Virus record (IMG/VR): IMGVR_UViG_3300016667_000797
Span: 1-64,000 of that record
DNA from: a virus
Lineage: Duplodnaviria > Caudoviricetes
Length of the DNA: 64,000 bases
Direction: 5' to 3' (one strand)
The stretch's first letter is position 1. Every line of letters begins with the position of its first letter. A program made the position numbers and the translations under genes. Shown in pieces: positions 27,455 to 34,161 of this stretch. The notes beneath the pieces are model-generated. The model saw only the letters and a list, made by a program, of their open reading frames with translations. It was not told the origin of the DNA and ran no database searches.

Positions 27455-27550
27455 TTTTTCTATACTAAACCCTGCTAAAACAACAAGGCGTCAAACGCCT
27501 TGTTTTACATCTTCTCCATAGGAGAAGATACTCATAAAAATATTATGAGT
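27455..27550. repeat. right (inverted) copy of the triple-hairpin element
   Basis: 27499-27531 is the exact reverse complement of 27037-27069 (33 bp); hairpins at 27482-27504, 27509-27529 and 27530-27550. Confidence 0.85.
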
Positions 27551-27669
27551 TACGGTAAACTTGTAAATTTATATGGTGTAGTGACTTATTGCAATTTTGT
27601 TGCTCATGCCATAATTTGCGGTAAATTACCTGCTGCACCCTTCTCTGCCGGACAAACTCGGAGGTTACT

Positions 27670-28554
27670 ATGGATCCAAATCCGGATTTGAGTGAGGCCC
27701 TGTTTGCCTCTGCCTCGGTCGTTCCGAGGCTATCTGCTGTTACCGATAGTCTCGGACTTCGCCTGCTTCGAGCCTGCGTGTTACGTCCCTACTGTCAAGC
27801 TGGCGGCGCAACCGACGTGACGCAGGCGAGTTGGCTGCAACAGCAGCTTCGACAACAGTTCTTCCGCCTGATGCGTCAATACCCTGAAGCTCGGTTGCGA
27901 TACACGTATCAGATGAACTGCCCTCCGGTTGGCCTTCGCATGCGACCTCAATCTCGCGTGTGCAACCATCCGGTTGTTTGTCCTTGGTGTCTGATCCGCA
28001 GACGAGCTCAACCTGCTTATGAGGAACTGATCAACGTACCAACGCTGGTTCGCGAGCCGCTTAAAGTTCTACTTTGGCGGCGAGTGGGTCCATTGAATTC
28101 GCGGTTCATCTTTTTTCCGGTTTACCAGGGGCCGCACACGTTGTGTCGGTCCGCCACCACAATTCAGCTGGGTACCCCAGTGGGAGAGGCTGAGCACCAG
28201 TTGAGCATGCGCGTGACGGGTATCCAACTGGTTCCGAAGGACTTTGATGTAAAATCGGTATTGAGTTGTCCCAGCATACAACCCAAGCTGACGTTGAAGG
28301 AGTATCCCGACGCGGCGGATACCACGATATTTGACGCCGTGGTCCAGGCCTGCGCGTACGACTGTCGCGTCCCGCTGGCCGAAGCCAATCTTGCTACGTT
28401 CCATACACTGGCTCATTACCACAACACCCACGCCAAGACCCGGCTGTACCGGGTCAGCAAATACAAACCCCAAGGAGATCTTGATGGACATCAGCAGCCC
28501 ACCGTATCCGAAGAACAACACCAGTCCTCAGCTGCTCTATCGCTATTTGACTGA
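27670..28554 (+). CDS. hypothetical protein with Cys cluster
   Basis: GGAGGT SD; CNHPVVCPWC. Confidence 0.6.
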   Translation: MDPNPDLSEALFASASVVPRLSAVTDSLGLRLLRACVLRPYCQAGGATDVTQASWLQQQLRQQFFRLMRQYPEARLRYTYQMNCPPVGLRMRPQSRVCNHPVVCPWCLIRRRAQPAYEELINVPTLVREPLKVLLWRRVGPLNSRFIFFPVYQGPHTLCRSATTIQLGTPVGEAEHQLSMRVTGIQLVPKDFDVKSVLSCPSIQPKLTLKEYPDAADTTIFDAVVQACAYDCRVPLAEANLATFHTLAHYHNTHAKTRLYRVSKYKPQGDLDGHQQPTVSEEQHQSSAALSLFD

Positions 28555-29029
28555 ACTGTATGACTGGGCGGCCGAACAACGCGACTGGGCTAATGCGGAG
28601 GCCGAGCGCCTGGGTGCTCCGGAATCCCCGTTTGTACCTCCGCTAGGTCGTCGACCTGCCTCCGATCAGCTGGAGCGGTTTCTAAACCTGGCCGTGCCGG
28701 ACATGTACGCCTCATGGCAAGCGCTTCGGTTTATTCGCGAGCGGCATGATGAGGTTGTGCGCAACTACGAACTGCAAGAAGAGTGGGATTCCAATCCTGC
28801 CATCTATCACCGCATCAACCTGGTCAAGGGTGCGTTGGTAATCCTGGACAATGCGTTTCTTGCCTACGAGCAGCGCGAAGCTCGCACGGCCACCGCCATT
28901 GACCAGAAAAAGAAAGAGATCATGGAACTGCTCAAGACCGTTTTCAAAGACGGCAAGATCAAGTTCTTGGACACCGAAGAGGTTGAAAAGCTCGGCTTAG
29001 ACAACCTGTTTGACGAAGATGATGAGTGA
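28484..29029 (+). CDS. hypothetical protein
   Basis: AAGGAG SD before the ATG at 28484. Confidence 0.6.
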   Translation: MDISSPPYPKNNTSPQLLYRYLTELYDWAAEQRDWANAEAERLGAPESPFVPPLGRRPASDQLERFLNLAVPDMYASWQALRFIRERHDEVVRNYELQEEWDSNPAIYHRINLVKGALVILDNAFLAYEQREARTATAIDQKKKEIMELLKTVFKDGKIKFLDTEEVEKLGLDNLFDEDDE

Positions 29030-29271
29030 GTTTCACAACTATTTGGCATTTAAGGACTTCTAAAAAATCCAAAACGGATTTGTCAGAAGTCCTTATGCCT
29101 TAAATAGTTATTTTGTTCATTGCAACTAAATACGACGTAACGACTTATGGCGCTGCAGAAAAGCTAAACGCCATAAATCGTTATAAACTTAAAGTTTGTG
29201 GCGCTGACTTGTGTCAGAGCTACGTAATCCTACTACACAGCATAGGTTGCGGAAACCCTAAGGAGAATCTC

Positions 29272-29988
29272 ATGCCCAATCATTGTGAATGTCGGTTGAC
29301 GATCGGTGGTCGCGAGTCGGCAGTCCGTAAGGTGCTGAGCCGAATCAAGTCGACCAACGAGAAGGATGAAGTCACGCATTTTGACTGCAATCAGATCATC
29401 CCCATGCCCGAGTCGCTGGAGGGGACAAGTGCCGGTCCGTGCGAGCAGACGCATGAGGCATTGTTTGGTCAGATCACAGACGCCACGCATTTTACAGAAG
29501 ACCACGACTACGTCTCGGACGCGCTGATCGGTGAGTACCGATTTGAAAACATTCGGGCGTTGAATCATTACGTGACTCGATTCAACATCATCCGCTCTGA
29601 CATGTCTGACGAAGCTCGGATCAGTCAGGTGCGAGCCTGCGAAGAACAGGCCAAGCGCTACGAGTACAACATACAGACGTACGGGTGCCGTACCTGGTAC
29701 GACTGGGCGATTGAAAACTGGGGTACTAAGTGGGGTGCCTATGATGTTTGCGTACCGGAAATCAAGCCACTGTCCAAGGCGGGATGTATCCGGGCCAGTA
29801 TCCGGTTTGATTCGGCCTGGGGTCCGCCGGAGCCGGTGATTCGTCGGATGATCGAGATGTTCCCCAAGTGCCGGGTTACGCTCCGCTACTGGGAGGGCGG
29901 CGCTGGATTTCAGGGCAAAATCTCCGGATACAAGGGCAAAGTGACGGAAGAATATTTGCATGAATATCATGGCCGTCGAGGGGGTTGA
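29272..29988 (+). CDS. YubB/Api92-like ferredoxin-fold protein (DUF1281-like)
   Basis: MPNHC...FDCNQIIPMPESL...WYDWAIENWGTKW...FDSAWGPP...RYWE.G. Confidence 0.75.
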   Translation: MPNHCECRLTIGGRESAVRKVLSRIKSTNEKDEVTHFDCNQIIPMPESLEGTSAGPCEQTHEALFGQITDATHFTEDHDYVSDALIGEYRFENIRALNHYVTRFNIIRSDMSDEARISQVRACEEQAKRYEYNIQTYGCRTWYDWAIENWGTKWGAYDVCVPEIKPLSKAGCIRASIRFDSAWGPPEPVIRRMIEMFPKCRVTLRYWEGGAGFQGKISGYKGKVTEEYLHEYHGRRGG

Positions 29989-30101
29989 CTGGGTGATTAG
30001 ACTACATTATAGTTCTACTCATCAGGATCAGTTGCTGGTCATGAGCCGCAGGCGGTCTGCGGCTTTGGCAGCTAATACACAAGATAAGAAGGAGAAACAT
30101 T

Positions 30102-30455
30102 GTGGTGAAGTTAGCGCAAAAACCGGTTTTTAAGGCCAAAGACAAGGCCTTGCAGCGATTCGAGAACCTGCTGGTGTCGATCACTGGTCAGGTTCAAAGC
30201 GTTGATCGCCACGCTAAGGGTCATTTGTTCTTTGTCCTGAGCGACGCTCAGGTCACGGTGACAGGTCACGGTCCTGTGGATGATGTGAACTACATGCACC
30301 TCGGTTTGTTTGAATGGCAAACCTGGTTGAATCCGTCCATTGTGAAGGTCGGCGCAAAGCTGACTGCGACGGGTCTGGTTGAGCATTACCGTCGTCGTTC
30401 TAATGGCGAGGCGGGTTATGGAATCAGACGCATCATGGAACTACACCCGGGTTGA
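30102..30455 (+). CDS. small OB-fold-like protein
   Basis: SITGQVQSV...KGHLFFVLSD...VKVGAKLTATGLVEHY resembles an OB nucleic-acid-binding fold; AAGGAG SD. Confidence 0.5.
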   Translation: MVKLAQKPVFKAKDKALQRFENLLVSITGQVQSVDRHAKGHLFFVLSDAQVTVTGHGPVDDVNYMHLGLFEWQTWLNPSIVKVGAKLTATGLVEHYRRRSNGEAGYGIRRIMELHPG

Positions 30456-30488
30456 TCCTGGGTTGTTGGGTTGAAGTCGATAGGTACA

Positions 30489-30530
30489 GCTCACGCTAAA
30501 GAAGATTGTGTTGATCTTTTTGGCGTGAGC
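30489..30530 (+). promoter_or_regulatory. leader stem-loop upstream of the RAMP-like gene
   Basis: gctcacgctaaagaagat/atctttttggcgtgagc, a 17-bp stem with one G-U pair, 24 nt before the ATG. Confidence 0.5.
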
Positions 30531-30554
30531 ACAACGAAGGAAGCGATTAGGAAC

Positions 30555-31163
30555 ATGGCAATTGCTACAGAAACCAAGGTTCGGTTGGAAATCAAAGGCA
30601 TTCGTCCGCTGTTGATGCACTCAGCCCGGGCTTGCGATCCGCTTTCCGAAGAAGCGAAAGCGATGAAGCGGCTGACATCCATTCGTAAGAAGTCCGAAGA
30701 AGATATTCGGGCAATCTGCAAAGCCGACTGGGCTGCTGCTTTCTATTCGGACGAAAAAGGTCGCCCGATTGTTCCTGGCGATGTCATGCTTGGTGCGCTC
30801 ATCGCCGGAGCCAAGAAGTTGAAGCTCGGCCCGCAAGCCAAGGCCGGGATCATCGCGGTTGACGACTCGATCGTACTCAATCACGGACACCCTGCGGGCG
30901 AGTCTGCCACCGCGCTGGATTTCTGGAATGATGGTGTCGGTCCTTACGTCGACGCACGTGCTGTCAAGGTTCAGCAAGCTCGGTTGATCCGTTACCGCCC
31001 GCGGTTCAACTTCTGGACAATCAAGCCGGTTGTCTGGCTCTCTGACGAGGTGGACAAGGACATGCTTGAAAACATCGCCGAGACCGCTGGACGTCTTTGC
31101 GGCTTGGGTGATTTCCGACCCAGGTTTGGCGGGTTCGTCGTCGAACGTGTCACCGTGCTTTAA
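30555..31163 (+). CDS. stand-alone RAMP/Cas7-like RNA-binding protein (Vipr-like)
   Basis: N-terminal strand LEIKGIRPLLMHS, central P.....G.L..GAK helix, R.RPRF..W, and C-terminal Gly-rich loop AGRLCGLGDFRPRFGGFVV; immediately followed by the pentamer array. Confidence 0.75.
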   Translation: MAIATETKVRLEIKGIRPLLMHSARACDPLSEEAKAMKRLTSIRKKSEEDIRAICKADWAAAFYSDEKGRPIVPGDVMLGALIAGAKKLKLGPQAKAGIIAVDDSIVLNHGHPAGESATALDFWNDGVGPYVDARAVKVQQARLIRYRPRFNFWTIKPVVWLSDEVDKDMLENIAETAGRLCGLGDFRPRFGGFVVERVTVL

Positions 31164-31187
31164 TCCTGTCAACGCCTGACCAAACGT

Positions 31188-32166
31188 CTAGTTTAGGCTT
31201 GATATGTTAGGGCGCGGTTGGGTTTGCTACGGCGGGGTATGGTTGGGTATGGTGAGGCTCGGGCCGCAAGGCTAGTTTTGGCGAGGTACGGTTCGGCTGG
31301 GCGAGGCAAGGTCTGGCGAGGTCTGGTAATGCCTGGGCCGCAAGGCTAGTTGGGTGTGGTTGGACGCGGCGAGGTAGCGCCTGGTGTGGTGGGGCTTGGC
31401 AGGGCTCGACGTGGGCCGCAAGGCTAGCGAGGTTTGCTCTGGTTGGGCAGGGTCCGGTCTGTCAGGGTCCGGTCTGACAGGGGCCGAGAGGCTAGTTCAG
31501 GTTAGGCGAGCTAAGGTGAGGTGCGTCAAGGCGATGTCTGGCGGGGTCTGGTTGGGGCCGTAAGGCTAGTAAGGCCTGCCGTGGTGTGCAAAGGTAAGGC
31601 ACGGTACGGCGTAGCAAGGTCAGGGCCGGAAGGCTAGTTTGGCAAGGCGTGGTGAGGCCTGTTCTAGGCTGGGCAGGGCAGGGGCCGCAAGGCTAGCATG
31701 GTGTGGTAAGGCACGGACTGGTCTGGTACGGTGAGGACAGGTGAGGACAGGCAAGGTCTGGGCCGTAAGGCTAGTTACGGTGTGACCTGGTTGGGTGAGG
31801 TATGGTAATGCGAGGCGCGGTTAGGCTGGGTCAGGCTTGGGCCGCAAGGCTAGTCCGGTGAGCCATGGTAAGGTCGGGTTTGGCAAGGTCGGGTATGGTG
31901 TGTCAAGGGCCGAAAGGCTAGTTTTGGTATGCCCTGCCAAGGTAAGCCACGGCAAGGTGCGGTTTGGAACGGTTTGGGCCACAAGGCTAGCAAGGCTGGG
32001 TGTGGCGTGGCGTGGCGAGGTATGTCGAGGTCTCGTCAGGCGCGGTCCGGTCTGGTTAGGGCCGCAAGGCTAGTACGGTTTGCCGTGGCGGGGTACGGTT
32101 TGCCATGGCGGGGTTCGGTCTGCCGTGGCGGGGTCAGGTTCGGTGAGGCAAGGGCCGCAAGGCTAG
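31188..32166 (+). ncRNA. 13-unit guide-like array: GGY-NN pentamer runs separated by GGGCC-GNRA-GGCTAG hairpins (VIPR-like vrRNA array)
   Basis: Repeats start at 31261, 31335, 31413, 31481, 31555, 31623, 31682, 31760, 31839, 31907, 31976, 32059 and 32152; spacers are 44-78 nt and parse as a 3-4 nt leader plus 8-15 pentamers. Confidence 0.85.
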
Positions 32167-32196
32167 AGTTCACACAAACCATTTACAGAGGAAAAC

Positions 32197-32727
32197 ATGA
32201 GAATTGATCCACAGTTCATACAGTCGCTCAAAAAGGGCGACTGTTTGACGTTTGACGTCGTTTGTAGCTGCGCGGAGGCATCGGATGCTCTGCCTCGTTT
32301 GCTGAGTGATCAGGATAAGCGCATGTTGGCCTTGAAGGTGGCCAAAAAGATCGAACGTCAGCTGCATAAGATCGGACGTATCTGGACGTTAAGTGTAGGT
32401 AACGATTTTAGTGTGCAGGTTCTGACCGATTCTGACGCACTGACTTATCGACGACGGCAAGGCCGCAGCGGAGTCCGTAAGGTCCGCGGGTGCGCCAAAG
32501 GACTGGGCGGTATCGACACAGCTAACCTGTCCACCACAGAAAAAGTTGTGCATGACCGCGAGTTCACGCTGGCGGCATCTCGCGCGTTGGCATTGCGACG
32601 CCACTTGAGAAACAAAGATCCGTTTGAACGGATCAAACCAACCACAACAGAACAACTGGCCGCCTCACCTAAACAGGTGCGGCTCGATCCGTTTGACAGA
32701 TTCAAACAACCATCACAGGAGTCTTGA
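32197..32727 (+). CDS. array-associated accessory protein
   Basis: Starts 30 nt after the last repeat with a GAGG SD; basic helical LTDSDALTYRRRQGRSGVRKVR..A...IDTANLS..E...HD. Confidence 0.65.
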   Translation: MRIDPQFIQSLKKGDCLTFDVVCSCAEASDALPRLLSDQDKRMLALKVAKKIERQLHKIGRIWTLSVGNDFSVQVLTDSDALTYRRRQGRSGVRKVRGCAKGLGGIDTANLSTTEKVVHDREFTLAASRALALRRHLRNKDPFERIKPTTTEQLAASPKQVRLDPFDRFKQPSQES

Positions 32728-32730
32728 TAG

Positions 32731-33408
32731 ATGAACGCAACGACAACCAAGCTCAAGGTCATCATCACATTGGACGATGACGTAGACACGGACAGTCCGT
32801 TCAAGATGTCCGACTGGTCGCTACGTACGATACGCATGGGCAAGATTCATGACGTGGCGGATGGCTGGACGCTCAACGACGAGTTGGCTGCACCAGTCCT
32901 GGGCACTAACTGCTGGCAGATCAGCTGCTATCGTCATGGCTGCGAGTCCTGGTTCCTGGCGGGTGATCGTCCAGGTTCGTGCAAGTGGGACACGCGGCAG
33001 CTGGCGGGGTACCTGGTCTACAAGGGCGAAGACCCGCTAGAAAATCCCGAAGAAGCAGCTCGAGAGATGATCAAGGAATACGATCTCTGGGCCAATGGCG
33101 ACTGCTACTGGTACCGGATCGAGCAGGAGCACGACACCGGTCGCATGCGTAGGCCACATGCCTGTGAAAGCTGCCAGTGTCCAATGATTTCGGAAGATCC
33201 GGAAATTGAAGAAGAGTCCTATTGCGGCGGCCTGATCGGCTGGGACTACACCAAGGAAACCATTCGGGATGAGCTGCGGGCTATGACCGAGCGCAAGCAA
33301 ATCTCGCCCGAGGCTTACGTCCTCGCGCTCAATATTTCGTCCGAGTTGCGGTACCTGACGCAGGAACTACAAGAAGAGCTTCAGGCGCTAGGGTATTCCA
33401 TCGTCTGA
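32731..33408 (+). CDS. conserved phage hypothetical protein
   Basis: EYDLWANGDCYWYRIE...CGGLIGWDY. Confidence 0.65.
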   Translation: MNATTTKLKVIITLDDDVDTDSPFKMSDWSLRTIRMGKIHDVADGWTLNDELAAPVLGTNCWQISCYRHGCESWFLAGDRPGSCKWDTRQLAGYLVYKGEDPLENPEEAAREMIKEYDLWANGDCYWYRIEQEHDTGRMRRPHACESCQCPMISEDPEIEEESYCGGLIGWDYTKETIRDELRAMTERKQISPEAYVLALNISSELRYLTQELQEELQALGYSIV

Positions 33409-33446
33409 ATTTCGGGCTAAGATAGGCACGACAACCAAACATTTAC

Positions 33447-33735
33447 CCGGTGACTATGCTGATGTACATTTGGTTGGCGCGCGTCGTGTGGGTGGTCCTT
33501 TTTCAGCCGCTTTCGTTCCAAACAGATCAAGGGCAGGATCGGCCCTTGAGCGGCGCACGCCGACCAAATGTACATCAGTATCGCCGGTAGGTGTTTTGCA
33601 TTTCTCCAGTGGTGATGCCGCCTTGTATCTCAGGCGGCGTGTGGTGGGTGTTCGGCTTTCCTTTGACTTTGTAGCCATAGCGCCTCAACCGAATCGAGAA
33701 CAGGATCGGTTCTCGAGCGCCACACAAACCACTGG
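33447..33735 (+). ncRNA. two tandem paralogous structured-RNA candidates
   Basis: Long stems with G-U pairs on the + strand; both carry an 8-bp stem with an identical AGGATCG loop and compensatory stem changes. Confidence 0.6.
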
Positions 33736-33752
33736 ATGTTCAAATCTGGAAT

Positions 33753-34142
33753 TTAACCGCTGACGTGATTCATCTTGCAGTCCGCAAACTCGTCCTGGTT
33801 CACCAGGCTGGTGATCTGGTTCTTCAACGCGACGCGTTGGCGGTTCAGATCGCGCACGACAATGGCACGGCGGCCGACCTCTTCCAGGCCCAGGCGGTCA
33901 TCCAGACCCTTGCGGATTGCCCATTCGGCGTCCCAGATCTGGCCGTTGATCTCTCGCAGGTCGACGATCAGGTTTTGTAGTGGTATGTTGCGTGGGTCGA
34001 CACCGGACCAGTAGTAGGCAATCTGTTTCCGCAATCCTTGTTTGTCCAGCTCGTCATCGGGCAACCGCTCGTATTTGAGCTGGGCAATGGTCAGCCGGTC
34101 GCAGAGCTCGCAGATGGGCATGGCGATGGCTTTCACAGACAT
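33753..34142 (-). CDS. DUF6165-like protein
   Basis: MPICELCDRLTIAQLK...LREINGQIWDAE..IR...RAIVVRDLNRQRVALKNQI. Confidence 0.65.
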   Translation of the reverse strand: MSVKAIAMPICELCDRLTIAQLKYERLPDDELDKQGLRKQIAYYWSGVDPRNIPLQNLIVDLREINGQIWDAEWAIRKGLDDRLGLEEVGRRAIVVRDLNRQRVALKNQITSLVNQDEFADCKMNHVSG

Positions 34143-34161
34143 TCTAACCTCGGAGGTATCT

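Noticed and set aside
31837-32073. ORFs 31837..32073 and 31929..32207 within the array
   Set aside because: G/V/R-rich translations of the pentamer repeat, with no SD; artefacts.
31188-32166. Canonical CRISPR array
   Set aside because: The repeat is only 15 nt, the spacers are internally patterned (GGY-NN) and vary in 5-nt steps, and no cas1/cas2 was recognised.
31188-32166. Simple satellite or G-quadruplex tract
   Set aside because: Strict pentamer phasing, regular GNRA hairpins and the adjacent RAMP-like gene argue for an RNA array, although G4 potential is not excluded.
33454-33763. ORFs 33454..33678 (-) and 33470..33763 (+)
   Set aside because: They overlap the structured repeat region, lack an SD or recognisable motifs, and RNA structure with covariation explains the sequence better.
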